Below are positions 13,859-26,984 of a stretch of DNA of 64,000 bases, piece after piece (position 1 is the first letter of the stretch; each line of letters begins with the position of its first letter). The translations under genes and the position numbers were made by a program. Source of the DNA: Azolla caroliniana (lineage: Eukaryota; Plantae; Polypodiophyta); contig JBHGNT010000003.1 of the NCBI GenBank assembly GCA_043228905.1, positions 11,656,001 to 11,720,000 of the forward strand, in the 5' to 3' direction. Below the pieces are notes generated by a model. The model had not been told where the DNA came from. It did no database searches and saw only the letters and a program-made list of their open reading frames with translations.

Positions 13859-16800
13859 TGATAGAGTGTATAAGATAATAGATAGTTATACACTATATGA
13901 GGGCTTGACCAAACCGATTAGATGGAGTTAAAAATCATAATATATTATATAGCTCTAGGTAATTATGATTAGAGAGTATAACTCAAGAAACTAAGAAAAA
14001 AGATAGAGAAAGCGAGCAAGAAATAAGAATGTTCTGATATTCCAACATCAAGAGAATACAAAGGAGACAAACTCCACATTGAACTAAAACCGAAGACCTT
14101 CCTCTTCTAAGACACTTCTTCCTAACACTCCTCATCCACTCTTTTCCTTTACTCTTCGCCCCCCTCCTCACTACTATCACTTCTTCTTTTATAACCTTCC
14201 TCTTCTTATCCACGTTCATGCTATTTTTAGAAGCTTTTTATCTCCCTATTTTTAGCTATGACACATCGACCTTCTAATCGTCATATCTCCCTCATCCGAT
14301 ATCCAAATTAAGCGATTTAAAAAGCTATAGAAAGCTCTTTTTACAAGCTTTCTAATCCATATTTAAACGTGATATTTGGATAAACAACGAGGGAGTTATG
14401 ACCATTCTATTTTTACTGTTTTTTATAGTCTGCGTTTTCTCTTTTTACTTTTCTCTTGGTCTCGTACTTTTACTTTTGACTTCTTCCCTAAGGTCTTAGT
14501 TCGTGTTCTTATCCTCAAAAGGTGAATTATCTATACTTTATATTCTCCTAATGTTCAATGGCTTAGATTCTAAAAACACTTTCACATTTAGCCCTCCCCC
14601 TTGTTAGAGGCTAAGCCATTTATGGCGAAGCACTTATTGGCAGTACTTAACAAACAAAAGCTCTCTCGCCAATCTCTTGGCTATAGACAATGAGAGAGAT
14701 ATAATAAAAAGAAAATAAAAAGATGTGAGTAAAACCCCCGCTAGTCGGTAGGAAAAACCTCACACTCCTAGACACACCCACACACACATTGACAATTCCA
14801 TCATCATCTTTCTCCTTGTCAACACAAAGAAAGAGGTTACCACAATCATTATGTCTTCGTTAACTCTCCAAAGACTAGTAGGGCCATGGGATACATCACT
14901 CTTGATAGCAGTAAGCATGTCAACATATAAATGAATCTTTCGAGCGAGCGCACCTTTTGCACAAATACTTTCAAAGCTTCAAGACTTGTCGGAATTGTCA
15001 TCTTTGTAATTATGTTAATCTTTGAATCATCCACATGAAATCCTTTTTGGCACAACATATTGTCCACACTACCTTGTTTTGTATAAACAACCATTTTATC
15101 GACAATCTCATCTCGAGAAGGAAGTGAAAATTCATCTCGTTTGGTCGAATCATTCAAGGGTTTGAAATTGATCTCATTCTTCTTTGGAACCAAAACTATA
15201 GGTGACACACACCTCAAATCTTCCATCTTATAATTGGAACTTTCTTGTAACCATGCGTTGAACTCTTGCATAAATTCTTCCTTTTGTTCAACACTCAATT
15301 GCCGAAGCTTTGGGGAAATTGATACACTTTCCTTCAAGTTGATGTGGTATTTGTTGCAAGCTTCTCCTCTTATTCCAAAACACTTGATGAACACATCCTC
15401 CACTATGCTTGTGCAATGCACCACTCCACTATCTACTACAACCACCCTTGTTGAAGATGACCTACTAATAGGAATTCCTACTTTGTTTACTACAAATTCA
15501 GAAATCAAGCTTACCCTAGCACCACTATCAACCAACGCATCTTTGATGTGAAACCCTTTGATGGAGACGGGGATGGTGGGTCGTATGTCCTTTCGATCTT
15601 CTACTCGCACGATTCCCACATAATGCACAGTCTTCCGACTTTGGCGAATACTTGCAAGTCGCCCCCACTCCTTTCGTAATGTGGGAGATAATTGGAGAAG
15701 TTGCGGCCATGTTATCCTTGGTCCACTTGAAATCAACTCATGCTTCAAATTGAAAGCTTCTACACCTTCACCCATAGGAATGTCCTCCATCTTGATCTTT
15801 CTTCTAGAGTGTCTCCTTCTCAATTTTTCCTCTTTCTCATTCTCCTTAGACTTCTTCTTTTGTCTTGAGGCACTAGATTCTCCTTCAACTTCTTTCTCCT
15901 TTTGCGAGGACCTTGTCCTTTTCACAGGAGCTACTTCAAAAGAATTATCACTATCATCAATAAAATTAAGAAGATTCACATTATGAGGAATTGTAGGAAC
16001 CTGAGCCATAGGGAGTGTTACGTTTCCTTCGACTTCATTGTTGTTAGGTCGTTGTCCATTCCTTTGCACTTGATAAATGCCTCTTCCCATGCCTCTTTGT
16101 TGTCGATGAGGACATCTTGTTGAGATGTGTCCCTCCTCTTGACAAGAATAACAAATTACACCGTGATGCCCTCTAGAGCCACCACCATCGGGAATAGTGT
16201 TGTGAATTGCTTGGGATTGTCGCAAGTAGGTCATCACTTCATCAAAGCGCCGATTTACCAATGCCATGGTATCTTGTTCACTCCTCACTTGTTCAACTTC
16301 TTGGGATATACTTGTTGGGTTTATTGTTGTGGTGGTATACACATTTGGAAACACTTGTCCCCCATGCACAATTGAAGATGAGGCTTGAAAGTTGGCACGA
16401 GGCATCAAATTTGCACCCAAAGCCGTCATTTGGGGATCCCCCATGGAACTCATCATCTTCACTTGTCGATCATAATCTTGACAAACTTGGAGAAGAGCTT
16501 GAAAAGTCGTTGGATCCTTCAAGCTTGCCTCCAAACGGAAATGCATATCAAGGCCCACCTTAAATTGTTCTATCTTAAACCACTCGTCTTCGGTGCCACC
16601 ACGAAGACGAATCCACGTCGTCCACAATTCTTGGAAATTTCGTTCATACTCTAAAAAACCAAAAGGTGATTCCATCTTTAGTTGAAAAAGCTCCTCCCTT
16701 ACCTCAGTTGCACTTTTCCATTGAATATATCTTGTACGAAATTGATGCACCAATAATTGATATTCTCCTTGTTCATTTTGCGGAAGAGAGTCATACCAAT

Positions 16801-17760
16801 CTCGAGCACGACCATAGAATGTAGCTACCAACAAGGGCAACTTTTCGTTGTCGGTGATGCGTCCAATAGATATGGCATGATGCTCAAAGCATGCCAAAAA
16901 GGCACCAGCATCTTGTGTTCTTTCACCCGAAAATGCAAATTGCATAGCTAAGTTAATGTAATATAGTAACACAATTAAATGATAACTTCTCTTCCTATAC
17001 GGAAAGGATCGACCCTCCCTGGAGCGCCAAAATGATAGAGTGTATAAGATAATAGATAGTTATACACTATATGAGGGCTTGACCAAACCGATTAGATGGA
17101 GTTAAAAATCATAATATATTATATAGCTCTAGGTAATTATGATTAGAGAGTATAACTCAAGAAACTAAGAAAAAAGATAGAGAAAGCGAGCAAGAAATAA
17201 GAATGTTCTGATATTCCAACATCAAGAGAATACAAAGGAGACAAACTCCACATTGAACTAAAACCGAAGACCTTCCTCTTCTAAGACACTTCTTCCTAAC
17301 ACTCCTCATCCACTCTTTTCCTTTACTCTTCGCCCCCCTCCTCACTACTATCACTTCTTCTTTTATAACCTTCCTCTTCTTATCCACGTTCATGCTATTT
17401 TTAGAAGCTTTTTATCTCCCTATTTTTAGCTATGACACATCGACCTTCTAATCGTCATATCTCCCTCATCCGATATCCAAATTAAGCGATTTAAAAAGCT
17501 ATAGAAAGCTCTTTTTACAAGCTTTCTAATCCATATTTAAACGTGATATTTGGATAAACAACGAGGGAGTTATGACCATTCTATTTTTACTGTTTTTTAT
17601 AGTCTGCGTTTTCTCTTTTTACTTTTCTCTTGGTCTCGTACTTTTACTTTTGACTTCTTCCCTAAGGTCTTAGTTCGTGTTCTTATCCTCAAAAGGTGAA
17701 TTATCTATACTTTATATTCTCCTAATGTTCAATGGCTTAGATTCTAAAAACACTTTCACA
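13859..17760 (-). mobile_element. Young non-autonomous Ty3/Gypsy LTR element (non-chromovirus, Athila/Tat-like), element A
   Basis: 728-bp LTRs at 13859-14586 and 17033-17760, apparently identical, TG..CA ends; TSD CATAC; PBS TGGCGCTCCAGGGAGGG next to the 5' LTR; PPT AGGGGGAGGG. Confidence 0.95.
14849..16945 (-). CDS. Gag (capsid, CCHC zinc knuckle) + aspartic protease + vestigial RT fragments; no catalytic RT core, RNase H or integrase
   Basis: Intact 698-aa ORF from ATG 16945; CYSCQEEGHISTRC; ALVDSGA; CVSPIVLVPKKN/NFKPLN; GFHVDDSKI; no YxDD motif. Confidence 0.88.
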   Translation of the reverse strand: MQFAFSGERTQDAGAFLACFEHHAISIGRITDNEKLPLLVATFYGRARDWYDSLPQNEQGEYQLLVHQFRTRYIQWKSATEVREELFQLKMESPFGFLEYERNFQELWTTWIRLRGGTEDEWFKIEQFKVGLDMHFRLEASLKDPTTFQALLQVCQDYDRQVKMMSSMGDPQMTALGANLMPRANFQASSSIVHGGQVFPNVYTTTTINPTSISQEVEQVRSEQDTMALVNRRFDEVMTYLRQSQAIHNTIPDGGGSRGHHGVICYSCQEEGHISTRCPHRQQRGMGRGIYQVQRNGQRPNNNEVEGNVTLPMAQVPTIPHNVNLLNFIDDSDNSFEVAPVKRTRSSQKEKEVEGESSASRQKKKSKENEKEEKLRRRHSRRKIKMEDIPMGEGVEAFNLKHELISSGPRITWPQLLQLSPTLRKEWGRLASIRQSRKTVHYVGIVRVEDRKDIRPTIPVSIKGFHIKDALVDSGARVSLISEFVVNKVGIPISRSSSTRVVVVDSGVVHCTSIVEDVFIKCFGIRGEACNKYHINLKESVSISPKLRQLSVEQKEEFMQEFNAWLQESSNYKMEDLRCVSPIVLVPKKNEINFKPLNDSTKRDEFSLPSRDEIVDKMVVYTKQGSVDNMLCQKGFHVDDSKINIITKMTIPTSLEALKVFVQKVRSLERFIYMLTCLLLSRVMYPMALLVFGELTKT

Positions 17761-18699
17761 CATACAATTAAACATTCATTAGTAATATTTTAGTATGCAA
17801 TTCAAGCGATGTTTTTTATTTTCATGGTTCGAAAGTTTGACAATATTAACTTTGGAATTACATTTGTGGGAAGTTAAGAATATCAATTTTAAGTTTAGGA
17901 CATCATCTAAACATGTTCTAGACTCTACATTACTCAATTTATCAAGAAGCAAATTAAATTTATTACAAAAGCACATTAGAGAATCATTGCAATCATTATG
18001 TGCATCATGTACAGAATATGGATGCTTTCCGAAAATTAAGGTAAAATAAAACATGTAAATAAAACCATATGCCTTGGTTACATATTTGTGCCAATCGATA
18101 GCATCTTCGATTAGAAATACATAAATTCTCTTGATTAGCAATGGTAGGGATGAGAAAAACAATTCTTCCTTACTTAAAAAGTATGCATATCCTAGTACTC
18201 CCTTTCTTTAAACAAAAAATTCATTTCAAATTATAGGTAACATGAGGAAACTACGTGGGCATTATTACTATTGACTATATATTAACATGGTGTAATATCA
18301 AACTTCATGGGAGGGATATGAGAATGGGTAATAATTAGAGTAAATAACAAGACTATATATATCATTCACTCATCGATCATAATTAGATTCTCATTGCTGT
18401 TGCTACTGGGAAATAGCCTTAAAATCAAAACTACATGGATAAACAATCATGTTGACGCTTATCCCAAACTATTCAATTTTAATGACTCCATGCTATTATA
18501 ATAAAGTCGTGTACTGTATGCATTCTTGTGTATTTCTCATTGTAGGTTTATGACGTGGGTTAGTTAGCTCATATTTCATGGATTATATCAAATACATCAC
18601 AAAGAGGTTACATGTGGAGTTATATCATTGAGAAACTTACAAAGCATAGTGATGGGATCACATCTTATTTGTTTTAGCAAAAGTCGAGAAGGATATGTC

Positions 18700-21000
18700 A
18701 AAATCTTATTGAATTCATTATAATAATTTCATGTAAAGAGGTTGGCTATGTAGTTGTGACCATCAAAACTTTGCCAATCATGGGCCATCAACTCTTTCTT
18801 GATCATAAAAATGGGTTGACAATGAATAATGGGAGACTGCTTAAGTGCTCATTGGGGGGGAAAACGATACATGCTTCCAGATCACTCATTCTGTTAGGCA
18901 AGGGTGCCCTCTTTTTGTTATCTGTTGAGGTGATGGATGTTGGCTTACATTCCCCTAAGATGAAAATTTAGGGTTTGAAAATTATGGAACACAAAGCAGA
19001 TCTAAATATATCCACCTTTGTAGATGATACTATGTTATTTGTCAAATGCACCAATGATAACCTGTTGAGATGTGAACAATGGGTTGACCAATTTTGCAAA
19101 TGCTCAGGAGCCAAAATACATTGGCACAAATTAATAGGACTATGGATTGGAGTAGGTCAGAAACCATGATGGTGTCCAGATTCTGCCTTCTGTTGGCCGG
19201 ATGAAAATGTAGCAATGTGGTACTTGGGGTTTTGGATTGCCATTAATTTGGATAGACAACTGTAGGTTGAATCTTAAAAAAAAGGTGCATAAAAAACAAG
19301 GTCAGAGTGCGGAGCACAACCATGTTTGCTCTTGCCGGAAGAGTCCTAATTGTTAATCAAGTCTTTCTATCAACGCTATGGCACACACCTTCTTGTTGGA
19401 TTTGGGACAAAACAAGACTTGCAGGAATAAAAAGAGACATTACTCAATTACTTTGGAACAACAAAACTAAGGGCAATGTAATGATTAAAGTGGCATGGAG
19501 CACCATATCAGGAATAAAGAAAGATGGAGGCCTAGGTTTAATCGATTCGGAAATATAGAGCATGGCCCTGATAGCGAACTTTGTTATGAGATGCTTAACT
19601 CTAGGAGGGGAAATGTGGAAAACATTATGCCATTGTAGATTAAATGTTAGGAAACCAGAATGGGGGGGGGTAAGTGGATGGACATGCCTTGTTGAGCATT
19701 TATAAAGGAATTGAACATGAACATTGCACATAACATGGACAATAGATTGATACAATCGGTCACAGAGAGCCCCAAACTTTGCCTTGGAATGGTCTCTTCA
19801 ATCGCTGCTATGGAACCCCAACTTCGGGGATGCCAATGGTAGTATGTTGGAATAGTCTACGGGTCTACCATGGGCAAATATTGACAAAACCAGGCGCTTC
19901 ACGTTGGCATCTTGGTGTGAATAGAAGGAGCTTTTTCATGCAGCTACTATAGAAAAATGTAGAAGATGGGTGACTATGCTGAATGTGATCTCGAACACTA
20001 TGAGATTCTATGAGGGAATAAGGGATAACATGGATGGAACAAATGTAGGGTATAAGTGGGCAAGCTAGTTTGACACAACAAATGAGTTGCATGAGATCAA
20101 GCATATGGTGCACTCTGACACCTGGATACAGGTCAATGAAGATGTAAACAAAACACAAGAAGGATGCTGGAAGCTAGTACGGTTAAATACTACTAGTGGT
20201 AAAAACTGGGAAATCGACCTAGAGGCCCATAAGCTGCGTGATGCGTCTTGGGTCTCGATCCAAGAGGGGGTGGATCTAGAGAAAGTTACTTGGAACCCAT
20301 CAAAATTGTTATGGGATGTAGGAAAAACGGGTAACAATAGTTTCAATGTACAACAAAAACTGGCCTAAATATCATTAAGCAACAAGGAATCCATAAAGAT
20401 GCACATGGTAGTAAATGGAGGGAGGAGGGCTTCGATGACACTAGTATGCATGATTATTGGAGAAAGTTGTGGGCAAAGACTTGGTTGAAAAATGCAAATC
20501 CTTTCTCTAGCTTATCAACCATAAAGCCCTCATAGTTGGTATGTAACTACAACGGAGAGGCAAAGATGGTGCCTGTAAGAGCTGCAACTATGATTTAGAA
20601 TCGACTGAACATTGCTTATCATCTTGCACGTACACAAATATTATTTGGGAAAGAATTATATGCATTTTGGTGGCTTGTAGCATGGAAGGTTCGATTTCAT
20701 TTGGTTATGCTATATGGTGTCTCTACAAAAGAATGCGTGGATGTGTGGTGCACAAGACTCCTCCTTAGTCCTCATAGTCCACATAACCCATTGGACATGG
20801 GACAATGATTGGATGTACGCAAATTTGGGATCACGAAATTTGCAGAAAGCATGGTCAAATGTGGCATCAATATGTAATGGAACATTTGGAAATATGGATG
20901 TCTCATATGGTATTCAGGGGAAACACATATAATTGCAAATTATGCCATCACAACTATATGGACCATAGTATGAACCATACATACCATACATGCATTCACA
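18700..21000 (+). pseudogene. Degenerate L1-type LINE ORF2 relic (RT C-terminal half and zinc-finger region)
   Basis: Fragments STFVDDTMLF, FCKCSGAKI, LAGRVLIVNQV, KVAWSTI..KKDGGLGL and a C..C...ES.EHC motif near 20570-20620; many stops; boundaries approximate. Confidence 0.75.
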
Positions 21001-22418
21001 TTTGAGAATGTTTCAACCATTCAAGTAGGTAAACACCCTCGAATAATGGTAAATACCATACTTTTGGATTCATTATTTATTATAATGTTTTTCTTTTCAA
21101 GGTAAAAAAGTTAACAAAATTGCAAAAAAAACACATTACTTTCTTAATAACAATATGCTTTTTTCGTAAATTCTAGTAACAAATATCCAAAATGCATAAT
21201 CTTCAAAAAAAAATTCTCAATGAGTTGTTACGTCAAAACGAACATTCCAAATCTTCATTCAAGTTGATATCATCATCTTCAAAATCATCATCCTCATCTT
21301 GTGTATTATCATCAAGATAAGCGGCGCATCACATTGGTGAAGTTCTCATTTTCATCAACTTCTTGTGGAAATCACTCAAAAATTACAAAAATTATAGAGA
21401 ATTTATAGAAATTACAAAAACTACAGAAATCACAAAGAAATTATGGAAATTATAGAATTTTTTGTACTGTATTCTATATACTATGAATTAAAGTTTAAAA
21501 CTTAAAACTTAAAACCCTATTATTAACCCTAAACATACCTGGACGGGAGAAAAGGGGACCTTGGTGTCTCATTGATATGGAGAAATTGATGACTATGTAG
21601 GCAATAGATCATTCAATGTTGGATGGAAGAGGAGAGGAGCTCGACATTGTGGGAGAAGATGTGCAGTGTAGAACGTTCTCAACTCCGCTCCTTTGTGAGA
21701 AAAACAAAAAGTAAGTTACTAAGTGTAAAGAATCAAGTGTATGATTTTGTGCAGCGGAATAAACATGTATGTGTGTGAGAGAGAGAGAGAGAAAGAGAGC
21801 TCGATGACATAGATAGATAGAAAGCAAGGAAAGCCAGAAAGCAAGGAAAGCCGTATTAACAAGAAAAGATTGCAACCAACAACTTGTCTTGGCTCTTGAC
21901 TTGTCTGGTATCCGTGTTTGGCTTTTGAGAGCCTACTCAATCTACTTGCTTTGTCTGTGTTCGACAACTCCAACTCACTCCCCCTCAAGCTTGGCTGGTG
22001 GGGGTCGAAAGTCCTAGGTTTGTCGTGAACTGCCGCAATTTGTGGATTCCGAGGGCCTTTGTGGAGATGTCCTCCGTCTTAAGGCTCATGCCGATATGTT
22101 GTAGGTCGACATCTCTAGTGAGGACCCATCCTTGGATGATGTCATGATATGGCAAGACTCGAACCCATGACCTTATGCTACATGGGTCGAGCTCTTGACC
22201 ATTAGACTATACATTGTAATACGCAAAATATTATTTTCATTTATGTTTTATTATAGAAAATTGATGTATATTCCAGATTTCTAGAAATTTCAGGAGTATT
22301 CCTTAGAACACTATAAAAGGAGGCACGAGGCATTATTTCGAACCAAATCGGTCCAACGCCAGTCTTAAGCCTCCTAGCTACTACTGTACATTCTCTTCAC
22401 ATAATATATATCTTTTCT

Positions 22419-22457
<39 letters not shown>

Positions 22458-22644
22458 CCTCCCTCTCACTCACTCTTTCCTTCTCTCGAGAGTTCTTCAC
22501 CTCTCTTAGTACTAATACTTCTTTTAGTACTAATTCCTTCTCTGTCTTAGTACTGTTCCTGACAATTTGAACCGATTTCGATTGATCTTCCTTTCCTCCT
22601 TTTCCTTTTATCTTCTTATTAATCCTCTTATCCTCCCTAGTAAA

Positions 22645-23787
22645 ATGGAAACTGTTAGCGCTCAGGAATACCAATCTGTTTTCTCGGAGCTCCAATGCTT
22701 AAAAGAGAAATTTGTAGTAGTAGAACAAGAAAATCATCGCTTGTTGGGGGATCTTCAACAAATAGCGCTGGAAAAACAACAACAACACGGGGAGCTGACA
22801 CTACGTGCACAACAACTCGAAGCGACTATCATATCATTACAACAACAAGGATCAAGCACTCAAGAGATTCACAAAGAACCCAAGATCGGTCTTCCTGCAA
22901 AATTTGATGGGACTCGATCACAGTTTAGAGGGTTTTTGAATCATGTACGTTTAGTGATACAAATGCATCCTTCTCGATATCCCACCGATGCATCACGAGT
23001 GGGACTAGTAGGCACTCTCCTTAGTGGCTTAGTGTTAGCATGGTTTGCTCCATTGTTGGAAAAGGATTCTCCATTATTAAACAGTTTTGAAGAATTTATA
23101 AGTGAGTTTAAGGCCTGTTTTGGAGATATTGACAGCATAAGGACTGCAATCAACAAAATCCGGCGATTACGCCAAGGTGATCGTCCAGCTTCCGCATATG
23201 CTGCAGATTTCCGCCTACTCGCTGCCGATATCCCTTGGGATGATCACGCATTGATGGCGCAATTCCGTTATGGCTTACGCAATGATGTCAAGGATTTACT
23301 CTTGACCTTCCCCGAAGAGCCAAAGTCATTAACAGAAGCAATTAGTCGCGCGGTGAGATGCGACAACCGCCTTTTCGAACGACGTTTGGAACGACAATTC
23401 CAGATTCCGAGGGCAAGATCAGAGCCTACCTATGCCTCAGTGTTAGCGAAACCTTTTCCGAGGGAGTCATATAATGCGCCTCTAGCAAGTACTCCAACTC
23501 CGATGGAAATTGACACCACATGTCGTCGTGGACCGCTATTGGAAGAAGAAAAGTAACGACGCCGAGCAAACCGACTATGTCTTTATTGCGGTGGACCAGG
23601 GCATATCGCGGTAAACTGTCCCCATAGGCCAAGAAGGCAGGTAAACCAAATAGTTGCTAGTTCTAATTGTACTAAACCCGAGTCTATTTCAGTAGGGATA
23701 TCTGATAGTCCTAATAGTACTAATAGCCCAAATCTAGCGAACAAATTTGATGTTCTTAGTCAGTTAGAAGAAGAGTTAAACGACTAA
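22645..23787 (+). pseudogene. Chromovirus C gag (one premature stop at 23554)
   Basis: PAKFDG, LRQG..ASAYAADF, PMEID and CLYCGGPGHIAVNC after the stop; the inverted sister copy has CAA at this codon. Confidence 0.85.
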
Positions 23788-23827
23788 GTCCAGCCAAAAT
23801 AGGAGCCGTTTGGTTGGACAACCCTAG
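23775..23827 (+). promoter_or_regulatory. Candidate -1 ribosomal frameshift signal (slippery GTTAAAC + stem-loop/pseudoknot)
   Basis: G TTA AAC in gag phase, 6-nt spacer, 11-bp stem GTCCAGCCAAA/TTTGGTTGGAC; the -1 frame opens into the protease. Confidence 0.7.
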
Positions 23828-26800
23828 ATCTGTGCAGCCCATTAGTGGTTCCATTCCCTCTAAGCAAGTTGGCAATGTGTTCGTAGCCCAAGTAACAGTT
23901 AGTACTAAAAGTACTCCTCTAGTACATATCTTAGCACTTCTAGATTCCGGAGCTAATTCTTGCTTCATGGATAGGAAATTTGCCCAAGCTCATCAGATAT
24001 CTCTTGGAAAACTCTCGTGTCTTGCCCTTGTAGTAGTCGTCGATGGTCGTCCCATTGCCTCAGGAAATATCATAGAAGAGTCAGAGCCCGTTAATGTTGT
24101 CCTAGATAATCTAGCATGTGTCATATCATTTAATATAATTAGCATCCCAGAACACCCCATTGTCTTAGGATTACCATGGTTTGAATTACATAACCCAGAC
24201 ATAGATTGGCGGACAAGAGAAATCAGGCATCGAAAAGCCCGAGGGTCTACTCATGAGATTGCAACGATTTCACTACATCAGTTACAATCCGAAATAGGTA
24301 TGCACTCCCCTTTATCTCAAGTCTTTTAGAACGGATCAATGGTGCCAGGTTCTTCACGAAGATCGACTTACGGGGGAGCCTATAACCTCGTACGGATCCG
24401 ACCAGGAGATGAATGGAAGACTGCGTTCCGCACCAGATATGGGCACTTCGAGTATACGGTCATGCCGGTCGGCCTCACTAATGCGCCAACAGTCTTCCAG
24501 CACATGACAAATGATATTTTCCGAGATCTCTTGGATGTGTGTCTAATCATCTATTTGGATGATCTACTGGTTTACTCGAAGACCCAAGAAGAGCATGATT
24601 CTCATGTACTGTTAGTACTAAAACGACTTCGAGAACATGGTCTCTATGCAAAGCTAGAAAAATGTAGTTTCGGGTGCAACCAGGTGGAATTTCTCGGCTA
24701 TGTCATTTCCTCAGAAGGCATCTCCATGGACCCAGCTAAGGTCAAAACGGTGGTAGAATGGCAGACTCCATGTTCGGTGCGGGATGTGCAAAGCTTTCTA
24801 GGCTTTGCCAATTTTTACCGGAAGTTTATAAAGGATTACTCAAAGCTCGTTTTGCCTCTTACACAACTTACTAGGAAGGGACAATCGTTCGTTTGGTCTG
24901 AAGAAGCGGACATGGCTTTTGAGAATCTTAAACAGGCATTTACATCGGCTCCGATTCTAGCTCACGTTGATCCAGAAAAACCATTCATCATTGAAGCGGA
25001 CGCATCGGATTTTGCATTGGGAAGCATTCTATCACAACGAGGTAATGATGAAAAGCTACATCCTGTGGCTTTTCACTCACGCAAGTTTGACGCCGCCGAA
25101 ATCAACTACGAAATTCATGATAAAGAGCTATTGGCTATAGTGGACTCTTTTATGCAATGGAGGCATTTTCTAGAGGGATCTTCTCATCAAGTCATTGTAT
25201 TCAGTGACCACAAAAACCTCGCCTATTTTCAAGACGCTCGTGTGTTAAATCGATGTCAAGCTCGGTGGGCCCATTTTCTCACGCGTTTCGACTTCAAGAT
25301 TACATATCGACCTGGGAAACATCAAGGGAAAGCAGATGCATTATCACGGCGTTCGTACCTCGCACCGCGTCCCGGCGAGCCAGCTTTCGATAACCAAAAG
25401 CAAGTAATCTTGGGACCGGCACGACTGCAAGCAACACAGGTCTTTGGCATGCCCATGGATTCCCACGTTATCGATATCATACGTGCGGACCTCAAGACAG
25501 ATGCTTTCGCCCAAGCTATACTAGCACAAATTGATCCCTCTCGAGCGTCGTGTTCACAACCGCAACCACCAGGTACGGACTATCGACAATTCAAATACCA
25601 TGATGGAATACTCTTCTTTAAAGAACTTTTGTATGTTCCTAATGGTTCTTCCTACCTTCAAGTAGTACAAAACTGTCATGACACATATACAGCTGGGCAT
25701 TTTGGTAGTACTAAAACATTAGATTTAGTACAACGATCATTCTGGTGGCCCCGTATGCGACAATTTGTCGAAGATTTTGTTCGGACTTGTGACACATGCT
25801 GCAGAGCGAAAATGCCAAGGCATCATCCATATGGTTTATTAGAACCATTACCAATTCCAAGCAAGCCGTGGCAATCCATTGCTCTAGACTTCATCACAGA
25901 TCTTCCAGTCTCTAAGGGGTTCAATGCAATTCTAACAGTGGTAGATCGATATACGAAGATGGCTCATTTTTTGCCATGTACTAAGGAAATCTCCAGTGAA
26001 GACACCACCGAAATTGTCATGCGTGAAGTATGTCAGCATCATGGACTTCCCGATAGTATCGTCAGTGACCGTGGACCCCAGTTCGTGTCAAAATTCTGGA
26101 AGCACCTTTTTAAAATGCTCAAGGTTACTTGTAACCTCTCCTCCGGCTACCACCCACAAACCGATGGCCAAGCTGAACGAACAAATCAAACGCTGGAGCA
26201 GTACCTACGGTGCTTTCTCAGCTATCATCAGGATGACTGGGTAGATATTCTCCACTTCACCGAATTTGCCTATAATAACTCTATCCACGCATCGACTAAA
26301 GTTACGCCATTTTATGCTTATACGAGATGTCACCCCCGGTGGTGTGTACTTGAAACCCCAGAGGTGTCCACAAATCCTTGCGCAGAGGATCGTTTGGAGC
26401 GGTTACACAAGATACAAGCGGATTTATCTACTCATCTCCGACAAGCTCAGCAAACACACAAGGTTTATGCGGATCGTCATCGACTCCCATCCAGTTTTAA
26501 CATTGGAGATCAGGTATGGCTACTCCGATGACACATCAAGACTACTCGCCCATGCGAGAAGTTGAATTATCGGCGATTAGGTCCTTTCCGTATCATAGGA
26601 AATATTAATGATGTCGCTTTTCGTCTCGATCTACCTCCACAACTTCGGATACATCCGGTGGTTCATAGTTCTCTCCTTGAACCCTATCAAGAGAGCACCA
26701 TCCCAGGACGTATTACACAGTCTCCACCCCCGATCGAGCTTGAAGATGGACCTGAGTACGAGGTTGCCGCCATCCTTGATTCCAAGATTGTTCGCAACAA

Positions 26801-26984
26801 GCTCTACTATCTAGTCGATTGGCTAGGATATAGTCCCAGTGAGTGTACTTGGGAACCGATAGAGAATGTCACCAATGCTCGTGCACTTCTTGAAGACTTC
26901 CATCATCAATATCCAGACAAACCGAGTCCTCAATCCAAAACGACTTGTTATACTCGTCGTTTTAAAGGGGGGATAGTGTCATGA
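23781..26984 (+). pseudogene. Chromovirus C pol (PR-RT-RH-IN-CHD) in the -1 frame relative to gag, with a ~390-bp deletion near 24282, frameshifts and a stop at 26529
   Basis: ORFs 23814-24329, 24339-26531 and 26562-26984; the deleted segment is present in the inverted copy. Confidence 0.88.

Noticed and set aside
13983-17393. Identical 78-aa ORF occurring twice (13983-14219 and 17157-17393)
   Set aside because: It lies in the duplicated LTRs; no protein features.
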